Shown one piece after another: positions 28,090 to 44,408 of a DNA stretch of 64,000 nt. The first letter of the stretch is position 1. Each line of letters begins with the position of its first letter. Origin of the DNA: Eledone cirrhosa (taxonomy: Eukaryota). The stretch is taken from the NCBI GenBank assembly GCA_964016885.1, contig OZ024740.1, positions 281,604,001 through 281,668,000 of the forward strand, in the 5' to 3' direction. A program made the translations under genes and the position numbers. The notes under the pieces were generated by a model. The model had not been told where the DNA came from, did not search any database, and saw only the letters and a list, made by a program, of their open reading frames with translations.

Positions 28090-29580
28090 AGCGCCGAAAA
28101 TCATGGAGGTAGTTCTCAAGGCTATCCTGGGAACGACAGACAAGATGAAAGAGGAACCTCTTCCTACACAAGCGATATCTTAATGGATGAGGTGGTTGTT
28201 TCGGTAACAAAGGTCATAAGGTGGTTCAGATTGACTGCGAAACCACCGGGTACAAAGAAGGAGGAACTGCACAGGGATTTAAGCTGCGAAAAGGTAATGC
28301 GGGAATACTGTTATTCCAGAGAGAGAATGAAATTTTGGAATTAGGCATCGGCAAGAACAGAAGAGAGCTTTTCTCGATGTGTGACAAATTTCTGGGTGAC
28401 ACCGAACAATATGAAGTAATAGCAAGAGACGGAAAGATTAAGTGCGCTGGGGGACAGAACAGGACGGTGTCTATGATAAGGGAGGTCCTAGAATGGGTAA
28501 AGGTAGAAGTTGAGTTGGACATTGTGCCTAGCAGAGTGAATCTGGTCTGAGGGCTGAGATTCAAACCGATTCAGCCATCGGTGGGATCGGAGATCACCTA
28601 TGGCATGAGAATGTGAATAAAAGCGACGGCAGAATCGATAATAAAGCGCCGTCGGGGGCATTTGGGAGAGATAGCTACTGTGTTAAGCTTGAGGTTGCAC
28701 CTGGTCTTTGTGCCCACGGAGCACATTATGGCAGTTATTCTAAACAGTTATTCTAAACTCTCGGCCGGTAACGTATCTCTCAATGTTCAACTGCAGACTG
28801 AGACGGTTGGCTATAAAGATGAAAACTGCAGGTGAAATTGTAGGAGTGCTGAACGCAATACTCCTGGAGTGGAGCCCTGTTAAGGAGCTGTTAATGGACC
28901 ACGACACTGCACTTAATTCGGTGTTGCAGAAGGGGATAGTCAATAAGTGAAATATGAACCACTTCTTAAGAGCTGCGTATAGGTTGTGTGGAAGTGGTTG
29001 AGAAGAAACATATCTCCACAATCGAGGCAAGCTTTGGTACAATATGTCACCCTGGTCACGACAGCCTCAGGAGTCTGTGAGTCGGTTTCACAAATAACAA
29101 TATTCAGGTACGAAAGGTGACCTGCGAGTACAGTACCACAGTGATTTTATAAGGCGGGAAGGCCTGTGTCCATACAAGTTATAGACGAAATCTGATTCAA
29201 GGACTCAAATGCTCACTGCACGTCTTTAGGGGAAAACAACTAGTCCATAAATGTAATATCGCGTCATGTACGGGACATCTCCAGGCTCATCGGCTTGTCG
29301 GAGGAAAACAAAAAGGTGAGGAGGCGATCAGAACATCGACCCAGCGAAATTCACTAAGAGAACGACGTCCACCCAGGTTGATGGCAGACTTCAATACAGG
29401 CTGAGGGTGAGTGAGGTGATCTTGATATGAAGAGGATGTGAGAGGTTATGGGAGGTGCGTCGGATTGAGGAGCCATGACGTCATATGAGAGAAAGGGAAC
29501 CAGCTGAGGATCTCGCCGGAAGGATGTAGATGAGCTCGAGGCTTACTCGAGAATTTCTTATCAGAGTCTGAGTAGGAAGA
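28090..29580 (-). mobile_element. Highly decayed CR1/Jockey-group-like LINE fragment
   Basis: GC-richer island; the minus strand has weak remnants resembling LGxSDH, IPP, CAP..L.NxS..P and FGF motifs. Confidence 0.4.
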
Positions 29581-30540
29581 ATTCCCTGGGTATATACGAC
29601 TAAATGAGCAACAGTTAGAGCAGGACCGACAAGGTAAATTAATTTAAGTTTTTAATTTGATACTTACTACACATAAAACCAAATAAAATACAATTGAATA
29701 ACATGAAATACTAAAGATTTTCTTTTTAATTGCGTGTAGAAAAAATATTAGAATTAAAGTTTGTAATTAAAATAATATAAAAGACATTTTATTTTATTTC
29801 ATGCTCAAATGATTATCATACAGAATCTTAGTGCGACCTGTTGTTTTTTAAACCATGAATACATCAGTATGATTTGGTGAAATGTGTCTGAACAGCAATT
29901 AACATATTACAGAAAGTTAATAGAAAAGCTATCAAGAATTTAATTAACTTTTTTATTTTTGAAATAGTAGTTCACATAAAAATAAAACTGTTTACTAATA
30001 TCTAACAAACCCTCTGTTGAAAACAGGTTAGAAAATGTCAGGAAAGAATGTAAGTATAGAAAATCTCTATAAAACCTACTCTCAATAGTGACGATAATAA
30101 CAGTGATGATTATGTTTATGGTGCAGCAACTGTTGTTGTTATTGTTGTTATGGAAATGCTATAATAAAGTTGGGAATAGATATTTTCGACAATTCCTAAG
30201 ACATTTATAAATGTCAGTAGAAATAGTTCTACAAGAAAACATTTTAACACATCTTAGAACTGAAATACATTATAGAAAAGTTCATTTTTAAAAGTTCGTA
30301 AATCATTTGCTATCCTTTGTGTGATATATAGATATTTACAAACTTTTTTCGGACAATGAAGTTATCAATGCATACGGCAAAAATTATAACCCTTATTTAT
30401 CCCCAAATGTCTAATTGTTGGTGATATATGAAGTACTGAAACCTTAAAAAGAAAATAGCTCCATGTGGGTGAAATATTATCATCCACATGGAGATATTTT
30501 CTTTTTAAGTTTTCTCATATATGTGTGTGAAAGAGAGGGA

Positions 30541-30589
<49 letters not shown>

Positions 30590-30593
<4 letters not shown>

Positions 30594-31776
30594 GTATTTC
30601 ATTTGAAGCATTATGGAATACATGCTTTAGAAGCCGCTACAATGCAGATGGGATCGTAAGTATCGAACTGATCCACCGGAGGTCAACAATCCCAGAATAT
30701 ACGAAGTTCAATATCTTGATTGCGGACCTAGTGTGCGTGATGAAAAACGTGTACCACATGTGTTACCCAACAGAGTTAGAAAGACACATATAGAACTTCC
30801 TCATCCGCATGCAGTTCTCTTGATGAAGCCAAAGAGACAGGGGGGTCGGGGTGTACAATGGAGTCATGGCAAAATTCAAAACCATCATAGAGAATGGTGC
30901 GAATTGGATTTGCGCACTAGACAGGTGAAAATCATGGAATATTACAGAAAGGACTAAAAGGGATATCGGGAAGGTCAACTCGTGGTATGACAGCCAAATA
31001 TACCAGTGTGATGTCTGTCGATGCTACCCATAGAAGCAAACTAGCGTATAATTTTCGAAAAGCCTTAGATAAAATGAACCTAAGAATTGACGTGGTAGAA
31101 AAGCCAAGGAACCCCCATTAAATCCCTGATCATTAGAATATATCCTATTTAAAAAACCGTCTGTACTAATAGAAACTGTATAGTGTGTAGGGTAATCCTA
31201 CAGGTTAGCTGCAAAACTAGGAATGCAATCTCTAGGATAAGCTGTACAGAGGGACAGTGTAGAAACATGACAACGGTCTGTATGGGATAGAACCTCCGTA
31301 GCATGGTAGAGAGATTAAAGGATCACTGATGAGAATTTAAGAAGAAGAAATTATCGTTAGTACTATACTAACCTGCCAGACTAGAATATAGGGGCTCGAT
31401 AGATAACATAAAAGTAAAGATCATATCGATACAAAGAACCAACACAACACTCAGACAAATTATGGAGGCCACAGACATAATAGAAAGTAGACCGAGCCTC
31501 AATAGAAGGCACAAATAGAATAGTAACACCTCCAGCCCTCAATCTAACGACTGAAGACAGAATAGGACACATAAGAAAAAAAACATAGGAAGACTCAAAC
31601 AGCGAAATATATATTTCTCCTTCCCCCTTTTTTCTAAATATAACTCTCTTTCTAACCTAATTACTACTGAAGAAGGGCTTATGCCCGAAACGCCCCCCCC
31701 CCCCACTCTCAAGAGCGAGAACCTAATAAACCTTTATTTGTCTGCCTCTTTGTTTTGTTCCCGTCTAAATCTGCAC

Positions 31777-31780
<4 letters not shown>
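30590..31780 (+). mobile_element. Probable PLE 3' region ending in a partial hammerhead (31667-31691)
   Basis: CTGAAGA-aGGGCttatGCCC-GAAAC followed by a poly-C disruption; bounded by (GT)n and (TA)n; the internal 470 bp are repeated at 33420-33886. Confidence 0.5.
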
Positions 31781-31814
<34 letters not shown>

Positions 31815-32067
31815 AATTATTAAAAAAATAATGAATAAACAAAGAAACAGTTCCTTATATTAAAAAAATTCATCATTTTACGATCGTTTCTAGGATATAT
31901 ATGTGTTAGAGTTGGTATGCATATTCTATAGATCTATGTACAATATTTATACAAACTATCAGAGGGAATATACATACCTACACATATATATGCTGTCTTC
32001 AATATCCGGATTACATTGAGTTCTTCATACGGATTGGACACTACCGTAAACTTTTGGTAGATTTATC

Positions 32068-32070
<3 letters not shown>
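31815..32070 (-). mobile_element. PLE pLTR remnant with long-helix-II hammerhead-like motif (31879-32002)
   Basis: TTGAAGA-cAGcATATATATGTGT..ACACATATATATcCTa-GAAACGATCGTA; palindromic ACGATCGT; (TA)n on both sides. Confidence 0.55.
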
Positions 32071-32138
<68 letters not shown>

Positions 32139-32680
32139 GATGGCTGTTGCAGCGGGTGTCGCAAGCCATTGCCCGTTGCGAGGCGCAGCCGATACACACC
32201 ATTGGTCTAGGTCTAGAGTCTGCTACTCTCTCCTTTCCCCCTTTCTTTTCTCCGTTGCCTCATAATCTTTGCTCTTCCCATTCTTTTCTTCTCATTTATG
32301 GCATTTATTTTCCCTTCCTTTACTTCCCTATACAACCAGATCTGCTCTTCATAACCGCTTTTTCCACTCTTTTCCACTTCTTAATTCTGATTTTATCCTA
32401 TGTTAATATTTTCATCGTTGTATAACTTTTGTTCAATAAATTTATATAGCTAGAAAAGAAATAATGAAGCTGAAGTGAAAATCAACTAATGCGTGTGTTT
32501 TTATTGGCAGAATTGGCAATGTGAATATCCGCAAACATAATTTTATCTTTGTTTCTTTTTAATAAGGAGATTCAGTTTTATTTTAAATACTTATATCTTG
32601 GCTCCACTATTCATCACTAATACTCGCACCACCATCGATCCCCCCCCCACCACCACACACCACCACCACCGCCAAAATAC

Positions 32681-32720
<40 letters not shown>

Positions 32721-33419
32721 CGCTGTTGTTGCTGCCACTGCTGCTGCTGATGGTGATGATATTGACAGCCCTCTACACTTCTTTCTGCCTATGTCGCTTC
32801 TGAACTTTCACCTTTCTTCTGACCAAAATAGAACGCCAACATTACTGTCATAGCAACAAGGGACAAGATGGTGAGGAAGGAGGAAAAGAAGGATTGAAGA
32901 GAAAAGGAAAACAAACTAAAACTTCTTTAGAGGAATTTGTGACGATATTCTTATATAAAAACATGTATATATGCACTGCTATTGATATATAGAATATTTC
33001 TCCTACCTCACTCATTCATTCTCTTTCCGTTTCTCTCTGTATCCTTTTCCCTGTACATGAATTTCTTCACTTAGCCTTTCAGACATTTTATAGCTTGAAA
33101 CATTTATATATTTGAATGAGACAAATTACCAAACTTTATATCTCAGTTTATTAATAAAAAAAAACATGGTCTTTTAATGGCGATATATTTAGCGAAAAAA
33201 CGTATAACAATGTGTGTTTTCCGTTCAACTTCAGAATATACCAAAAAAAAAAGGCATTAAAACTTGGAGTCTCAATAATATGGACCCAGTGTGGTTATCT
33301 AAATAGAAATAGTTTCCTACTACTATATGAAATTAAAATAAGTGTATATATGTCTCTCTGGTTCTCAACCCTGCTCCTACTCCTGTAGCAATAACTAACC
33401 ATTTCTTGTCAACCTCACC

Positions 33420-33886
33420 AGTGTGCATGATGAAAAACGTGTACCACATGTGTTACCCAACAGAGTTAGAAAGACACATATAGAACTTCCTCATCTGCAT
33501 GCAGTTCTCTTCATGAAGCCAAAGAGACAGGGTCGGGGTGTAGAATGGAGCCATGGCAAAATTCAAAACCATTATAGAGAATGATGCGAATGGGATTTGC
33601 GCACTAAACAGGTGAAAATTATGGAATATTACAGAAAGGACTAAAAGGGATATCGGGAAGGTCAATTCGTGGTATGACAGCCAAAAATACCAATGTGATG
33701 TCTGTCGATGCTACCCATAGAGGCAAACTAGCGCTAATTTTCGAAAAGCCTTAGATAAAATGAACCTAAGAATTGACGTAGTAGAAAAGCCAGGAACTCC
33801 CACAAAATCGCTGATCATTAGGATATATCCTATTTTTAAAAAACCGTCTGTACTAATAGAAAATGTATAGTGTGTAGGGTAATCCA
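33420..33886 (+). repeat. Second copy of 30730-31198 (~470-bp direct repeat)
   Basis: Colinear, with scattered substitutions; the ORF-track peptides at 30763 and 33453 are near-identical. Confidence 0.95.
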
Positions 33887-34392
33887 TTCCGAAACATCAT
33901 TCCATCCACATCAATCTTTCTTTCACCTGGATCACCATCACCAATGTCACATACGTATTTTGGTGTTCGCACGTTCCCCCAATCCCTCTGGTGCAATATA
34001 TCTATTCTTCCAGTCTCGTCTCACACAACGGATCACCATTCTCTGAATTCCATTAGTTGACAGTAGTGCTGTCATAGCACATTACGTGACGATTTACATG
34101 CATGTTCCCTTGCTTTCTACCCAATGTACCACCTAAGTATAACCTCTATTTTTGTGTCAGGTCGAATGTGTATACACAAATTCAATATGGCTGATCATAT
34201 TCACATGAGAGCGTGTACAGTTACACTATACAGATTTGCACGCCAAACCACATATTTCTACAAACAAACTAATACACGGACTTATACGTAAGAACTTTAA
34301 TTCCGCGGTAGTTATCTACCTTCTTGTGACTCTTTAATATGAGTTTTCTTCTCGCTTGTTCTTTTAGAAAATTGCTAACTACACACTTGTTT

Positions 34393-34490
34393 TCTTCTTC
34401 TTCTTCTTCTTCTTCTTCTTCTTCTTCTTCTTCTTCTTCTTCTTCTTCTTCTTCTTCTTCTTCTTCTTCTTCTTCTTCTTCTTCTTCTTC
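34393..34490. repeat. (TTC)n microsatellite
   Basis: Direct. Confidence 0.97.
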
Positions 34491-34684
34491 CTTCCTTTCT
34501 TCTATCTTACTCTATCTCTCATTTTATCTATCTATCACTCATTCTATCTTCCGCTGAAAGACTAACATCCGAAACATTAAGGCTCTTTACCCACTCTGTC
34601 AAGCGTTATACTAATATATATCATCATTGTACTGTATTGTTCTCTCATGCTGTTTTTTTTAAACTTTTCTTTCTCTCTCTCTCT

Positions 34685-34756
<72 letters not shown>

Positions 34757-35061
34757 TGAGTGTGTATGCGTGTGTATGTGTGTGTTAAGGATTAGTGAAT
34801 GATCTACTTCAGTTTTGCGTCACTTTCGCTCATTCAGACAACGATGAAATTCATTACGAGGAAGAGATATATTGACGGGACACCGGTTAAGTTGGTTCCT
34901 GTTACTGCGATTTGGGAGAGAGCACAGAGAACTGACATGCAAATTTAACAATTAGTTATTTAGCAATCTAAACTATAATAAAGTAAGGGGCGCGGGACTG
35001 CGTACGGTTTATAATTTGTTTCCCATTAGTAAAATAAGTTGCATTACTTTGAATAAATAAT

Positions 35062-35136
35062 TGTTTCTACTTTAGGCACAAGGCCAGCAATTACCCAGTG
35101 CATTACTGGTACTTTATTTTATCGACCCCGTAAGGA
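35062..35136 (-). mobile_element. Short 5'-truncated Nin-type SINE
   Basis: 12-bp TSD TGAATAAATAAT at 35050 and 35137. Confidence 0.85.
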
Positions 35137-35517
35137 TGAATAAATAATGAATGAATATTACATAATTTATCTACTAAATTTCGTGGCTGTTGATTAAATA
35201 TATTTTGTTTATTTAAAGTATCACTTCTTTAACATTTCTGAAATGTCAACACTTCCGGTTGACCATCCCTTAAATAAACATACTAATTTTCTGTCACTAA
35301 TTTTCTCCTAATGCAGTTTATATATAATATATCGTCTTTTTTTAATGTATCATGGATTACGTTACTGATTAAATAAGACAGTGTAACGCAGTCTTCGTTC
35401 AATTTCTATGTATTATATATTGTAAATTACGAAGGGTGGTTTTTCTGCTATTGGTTATAATGAACTGGAGTTGGTGCCTATGAAACTTCTATTGGTACTT
35501 CGAACGAATAAAGATGG

Positions 35518-35796
35518 TGAAGAAGTAATTTTCTCTGGTGACGGCAAATAGATATTTTAGATCTGTTGTTCAACGATATCACGTTATTATATTGGTAGTG
35601 ATAGGTGCGGTGGATTGGCAGTATCGGTAGAGGGTCGGACGCTATGCCTTGCAGCATAGGGTTACGGTCCTTTACGGTCTGAGTTCAAATCATGCCGAGG
35701 TTAACTTTGCCTTCTATCCTTACAGGGTCGATAAAATAAAGCACCAGTAATGCACTGTGATAATTGCTGGCCTTGTGCCGAAAGTAGAAACAATTA
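35518..35796 (+). mobile_element. Nin-type SINE with 5' leader
   Basis: Leader matches 2241-2313; SINE body ~35605-35796. Confidence 0.85.
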
Positions 35797-36751
35797 TATG
35801 TAGTAGATATGTCTATAATGTTCAAAGTTATTGGTAGGCTTTCCTGTCTTTGATCATTAAGTCTTCGGGCATATTGGGATAGAGAGGGGCATTGATCCCT
35901 TGATGGAAGACAAGAATTAGTCGAACAGTTGTTGGTGGTTTGAGAACTTTGGAAAACACTAAATATAGCAAACGAATTTAAAGGGTTGAAGAAGGAATAT
36001 TTTAAGTCACTATTTTTCAGATCTAGATGAGCATGACAAATAGTAATACATACGTGCAAACAGTACGTTTCAGAGCAAAGTTTAAGTATATACTGAACCT
36101 CGAACGACAGCAAAAGAGAATGAGTATTTTGTGTTTCTAAGAGGAATAAGAAGTATGGTACTCATGACAGTATGGAGTAATATGTGGGATGCATGTTGAA
36201 CCGAAGCCCAAAAATGTATACATAGGGGAGGAGAGTTTTTGTCCTTATTCTAATGTGGTTTCGTTGTTTCACTTGAACGTCATTCGTATGCGAGAAGAAG
36301 TAACTTACTATACATGAGTTACTCTTACCACTAATTTTTTACACAACTCTGTAAATATCTCATTTCAAAGTCAGTAACACCTCGAAATACAATGCTCACT
36401 GAGACAAGTGTCACGATCAAAAGCAGAAGAAAATACGGGTTATGCAAGCCGATAGGATAGCCTGTAGAAGCGTTACTCAGAGAATTTGGCCCTTGTTCCA
36501 TCTAATAGCAAATATCCAATATAAAACCATTTCCACTTGATAAACAGTGGCAATACGTAAAAGAAAATGATATCGGAATAAACGCAAAATGATGCCTTGT
36601 TATCATTAAATATGTTAACGCCTTGCATATGTAATATTGTGCCTCGTAAAACTTCAAATAACTGAGACTATCCAAGCATTTAGAAAATCCTTCCTGGAGC
36701 TATTAAACCCTTTCGTTATCACATTTCTAATGAGATTTACTGTATTTCGAT

Positions 36752-36956
36752 TAATTGTTTCTTCTTTAGGCCATCAATTTGAAGAAGTCAATTAAATCGA
36801 CCCTAGTGCTTTACTGGTGCTTTAATTTATCGACCCCGTAAGGATGAAAGGCAAAGCTAGCATCAGCGGAATTTTAGCTAAGAATGTAAAGGGCCGTAAC
36901 TCTTTGTTGCTAAGCATATTGTCCGATGCTCTACCGATACAGCCAATCACCACCCT
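36752..36956 (-). mobile_element. Older Nin-type SINE
   Basis: Diverged consensus match. Confidence 0.75.
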
Positions 36957-37925
36957 TTCGATGAAGTACTGATGCAATTGAATGAAATTACTAAGAATAT
37001 TGATTATGCTACTATTAAGATAGTAGTTGTAACAAATGATTCTTATGTTGAATTATGTCGAAAAATGTTTAAAGAAATGGTTATGATCCATTGAACCAAA
37101 TAGGATTTGGGACGTTTTGGACAGATTTTTACAAGACTTATCAAAACGGTTAAACACTATAAAGAATAAGCAATGCGATTAGTTTTAAAGTTTTTTTCAA
37201 ACACTACAGACAATGAAGCCTGGAGTACATCTGGTCTTTCAAGTCAACTGATGAAAGCAATAGACCTCTTCAGCTAAGATTAATGAACACTATTGGAAAT
37301 AATTAAAGTGATCAATATATATATAAATAAATGTAGAAAGTATATTTTAAATAATAGCAGATCCACTTTTGTCTCTATTATCTACATATTCAAAGATTTT
37401 GATAACATTATTGTATTCTAATTACCTTCCTTTTTTCTTAAATATTAATCATACATAGAACGGTATTCTTTCACTAATTGCATGGATTATTTCAGTTACG
37501 GGGAGGCATTTAGCTGACTATATTACACATATTTGTATTTTACATGTAGATAACTCTCTTGGTATATTTTCCCTTCGCAATATTGGTGGTCTTATCAATA
37601 CATTTGATTGGTTGGTAAGTATTCTCCGAAAGAGTATAATGAAATGATGCCTTAATAGTTGTTGTTGGGTGATGATCAGCTATTGTTCTTTGTAGTGGTG
37701 TTGTCTAGACTCACGTTATTATGACTATGAATAAAAGAACTCAATCAGTGGCCATCTTGGATTAGTAGGTCAAGCGACTATGTAAACGTTTCCCCGTTAC
37801 TCATAGTTGAGAGGTTGATTTTAGTAATAGATATCTTGCTAGAAGGTAATCTAATATATATATTTACACACACACAAACACGCGCACACACACACATACA
37901 CACACACACACACTCTCTCTCTCTC

Positions 37926-37958
<33 letters not shown>

Positions 37959-38005
37959 GGCACACACACACACACACACACACAGAGACACACATACACA
38001 CACAT

Positions 38006-39190
38006 TCGGCTGAAATTAGCGACCTTGTGGGCCTGTACATCCTACATAACCTGAAGAACCTCTTTACCGGCCTAACTGGAGGTTTATACCGAGACGACGG
38101 CCTCTTCGCCCTGCATAAGGTTAGCCCCAGAACCACCGATGGGTTTCGGAAAAACTTAAGCTCTTTCTTCTCTAATCTAGGATTTAGTATAACTATAGAT
38201 TCTAATTTGACTAGGGCCAACTTCTTAGATGTCACTCTCGACCTAGATACTTCCCTCTATTACCCGTACCACAAACCTAACGAGTCCCTTAAATATATTA
38301 ATGTTAATTCAAACCACCCCCAAAACATTACTGATAACCTAGTAAAAAGCGTCTCTATTAGAATATCTGGCCTCTCCGCCAACAAAGATATTTTTAATGC
38401 ATCTGCCTCCTACTACAATGACGCCCTAGCCCGTAGCGGATTTAAAGATAAGATAACTTACCTAGAAACCACCGCAAAATTGCAGAGGAGGAATAGACAT
38501 AGGCAGATTAGCTGGTACAACCCTCCCTTCAATAGAGAGGTATCTACTCCGATAGCTAGGATTTTCTTCACTTTACTGAAATTACACTTCCCCATACAAC
38601 ATAGGTACTACACCATCTTTAATAAGAACACTATAAGACTGTCTTACTCCACCACACCTAACCTAGCTAGGAATATAGCCAACCACAACTCTAAACTAAA
38701 TAAGCCAACCACCTCCGAAACCAATCCCCGGACTGGGGCTCTATGTAATTGCCTAAATAAGGAAGCATGCCCACTAGAAAACAAATGCCTCACAAATGAC
38801 ATCGTATACAAATGCGATGTCATCTCGGGCACCGAGGATTGCAAAAAAACTTACATCGGCATGACCTCCAACACCTTTAAGACCCGCTGGTTTGCCCATA
38901 CCCACTCCTTCAGAAGACCGGATAAATCAAATCAAACAACACTCGCCTCCTACGTTTGGGACCTCAAAAGGAACTCCACCCCCTTCACGCTTAATTGGAA
39001 AATACTCCAGAAAGCGCGCTCTTACAACGGAGGACACAAGGGCTGCGACCTTTGTATCTCAGAGAGCTACGAAATTTTATTCGCCAAGGGCCCGCTACTG
39101 AACAAACTCTCTGAACACTGCCCGAACTGCATGCACAAGAACTTTGCAACATTCAAACACTTTAAGCCAGTGTTAAAGCCCGATGGCTAA
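38006..39190 (+). CDS. PLE ORF C-terminal half: RT (YRDD, FLDV, thumb) + GIY-YIG endonuclease
   Basis: Open frame with [38 protein letters not shown] and CDLC. Confidence 0.9.
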   Translation, partial: SAEISDLVGLYILHNLKNLFTGLTGGLYRDDGLFALHKVSPRTTDGFRKNLSSFFSNLGFSITIDSNLTRANFLDVTLDLDTSLYYPYHKPNESLKYINVNSNHPQNITDNLVKSVSIRISGLSANKDIFNASASYYNDALARSGFKDKITYLETTAKLQRRNRHRQISWYNPPFNREVSTPIARIFFTLLKLHFPIQHRYYTIFNKNTIRLSYSTTPNLARNIANHNSKLNKPTTSETNPRTGALCNCLNKEACPLENKCLTNDIVYKCDVISGTEDCKKTYIGMTSNTFKTRWFAHTHSFRRPDKSNQTTLASYVWDLKRNSTPFTLNWKILQKARSYNGGHKGCDLCISESYEILFAKGPLLNKLSEHCPNCMHKNFATFKHFKPVLKPDG

Positions 39191-39369
39191 AAACGACCTC
39201 CCCCTATTGGCCCCTATACCTCCTCCCCACCCTACCCCCACCCCTCCTCAACCTGAAATACGGCCACTATGGTCATGTGAGTACCTCTTTCGTATCTACT
39301 TTTTCTGCCTGTAGAGGTGTCTTTATGTGCCTGTGTATATGCGTATATTTATTGAGTACCTATTTACTT

Positions 39370-42240
<2,871 letters not shown>

Positions 42241-42668
42241 GAATGTGTCTGTTGATTTTGGCATATTGTTGATTAGTTTAAGAGAAGTTCGAAGATAATA
42301 GTAAGATATGCACTCAGTATTTTGAATCTGTCTGCAGAATTCCCTAGACCTTTGTCACTTAGTAGAACCTTAATGACTTTAGCTTTTAAAGAATCTCCCT
42401 TTTCTTTAATTCTATCGAGCATGACTGACCCCCCACTGATTTTATAGACATCTGTTAGCTTAAGAGAAACTTATTGACAAGGAATGGTATGCCATCCGGA
42501 ACCTGTTTATAGAATTCTGTCTGCCTTTGTTACTCTAAAAACATAAATAAATATAAATAAAAATTAACTATAGCTTTGTAGAATTAGCTTTTAATGAATT
42601 CCCTTTTCTATCAACCAATGACCTGCACCCATCCCACTCCCCACCCTCTCCTACCACTTGTAGAGACC

Positions 42669-42676
42669 TATAAATA
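42669..42676 (+). promoter_or_regulatory. Candidate TATA box in PLE pLTR
   Basis: TATAAATA starting 30 nt upstream of the hammerhead and ~210 nt upstream of the ATG. Confidence 0.4.
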
Positions 42677-42698
42677 CCATATTTATTTTTTGATACCC

Positions 42699-42749
42699 AG
42701 ATTCCTGATGATTTCTAATGAATGAAACAGTTCTAGTCCTGTAGAATCT
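42699..42749 (+). ncRNA. Type I hammerhead ribozyme in PLE pLTR
   Basis: AGATTC-CTGATGA-tTTCtaatGAAt-GAAA-CAGttctagtcCTG-TA-GAATCT with a GUA triplet; the relative at ~20900-20943 (-) keeps the helix II stem but changes the loop (TCAC). Confidence 0.8.
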
Positions 42750-42879
42750 CATCTATATTAAAACTGTTATACTCTGCTATGTATTGAGTACCTTACTTAC
42801 TGTGGTTACCTCCGATTCAACCCGGAATAACGTACATTTTAGCACTCTCTGTGCCCCTTATAACCATCATCAAGAAACC

Positions 42880-43968
42880 ATGCTGACCAAACTCGACCTT
42901 GATATTTCCTTGAAGAACATCCCTATCCCTCCAAGGAAACTATACTTAAAAACACTCATCAGACGTACCGACGAGTTCATCAAGCGAATTAGATGGAGGG
43001 CCTTCTTCCTCGACAACCCTGATGTAGCATCTACCAATGATGAGAAGTTCGGCTTCAAAACGAATAAGACACCACCCACCAACAGCCTACTCCAACCATT
43101 TGAGGAAGACCTCTTCAAGATGATCAAGGATATTAAATTCCGTAGAGCCACCACACCATTCCAGGCCTACTTAAATGACGAATTACGGAATATAAAAAAA
43201 TCCCCTAATCTTTATGTCTCCTCCGATAAAACCAAAAACGTTTATGAGGTAGACCCACAGACCTACAATAAGCTGGCAAAAAATACCATCACGACCACCT
43301 ACAAAAAGGTAATAGAGAGGGCGCTGACTGAGACAAACGCGGCCGGAAAAGAAATCGCCAAGTCCCTTAAATTACATGACCGAACCGAACCTTTAAGGGT
43401 AAAGACCCCGCACTTTACCCTGAAGGACCATAAGGGAAATTTCCTCAACAAACCATCAGTCAGACTTATCAACCCCACTCGTTCTGACATCGGCTCTATC
43501 AGTAAGAAGATCCTGGATAGAGTTCTACCATTATTGCGGGCGGCCTCACCACTTCCACTCTGGAGTAGAACATCTGAGGCAATATCATGGTTCCAAGAAT
43601 TACCCGATAAACACCACACTCGCTTCCTGCAACTCGACATAGAAAACTACTATGCCTCTATCTCGGAGCCCCTCCTGAAGGACGCAATTAACTTTGCCAG
43701 GAATTTTACCACCATTACCGATGCCGAGCAAGTTATTATCCTCCACGCCCGTAAGACCTTTCTATACCACGATGGATCTTACTGGATCAACAAGAAATCT
43801 CAGACCCCATTTGACGTTAGCATGGGGGCGAGTGACTCGGCTGAAATTAGCGACCTTGTGGGCCTGTACATCCTACATAACCTGAAGAACCTCTTTACCG
43901 GCCTAACTGGAGGTTTATACAGAGACGACGGCCTCTTCGCCCTGCATAAGGTTAGCCCCAGAACCACC
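42880..43968 (+). CDS. PLE ORF N-terminal half (N-terminal domain and RT up to YRDD), cut at (TA)n
   Basis: ATG at 42880 (MLTKLDL..); SDKTK, LKDHK..VRLINP, LDIENYY, SMGASDSAE and YRDD; no stops. Confidence 0.9.
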
Positions 43969-44123
43969 TATATATATGTATATATATAGAAGGAATTTGT
44001 AGTTTACTTGAAGCTTGTATATGGTATAAAGAATTCGAAAGCTACGACAGTGTGGGTTTGGGCGGAGAATAATTAAATCGTAAGAAACAGGGATCTTTTT
44101 TTTTAACTTAATTTATTCATATA

Positions 44124-44161
44124 TCCTGATATTTCGAGATTAATATCTCTTCTTCCGAGGA
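44124..44161 (-). ncRNA. Minimal hammerhead-like motif with variant core CGGAAGA
   Basis: TCCT-CGGAAGA-aGAGATattaATCTC-GAAA-TA-TC-AGGA; minimal helix III with palindromic ATAT. Confidence 0.6.
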
Positions 44162-44408
44162 AAATAAAGGAACTATGCCAATGTTCGTCGTGGTCAACTT
44201 TGACTTTCATCCTTTCGAGGTTGATAAAAAAAGTAGCAATCCAGTACTGGGGGTCGATTCTTCCTCTATAGAAAAAATCAGCTGTGTTCAGACCTGGAGA
44301 GGGTTGCGCTCCGTCTGGTTTAAACGTGCCCTAGACACGCCGTATGACGGTGCCGCTACGACCCCACAATAGTATATATATATATATATACTATTTCTAA
44401 AAAAAAGA

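Noticed and set aside
34551-34590. CTGAAAGA..CCGAAAC hammerhead-like remnant
   Set aside because: Spacing is wrong and helix II does not pair; too decayed to call.
42784-42879. ORF-track start at 42784
   Set aside because: A TTG start inside the pLTR; the first ATG at 42880 is the likelier start.
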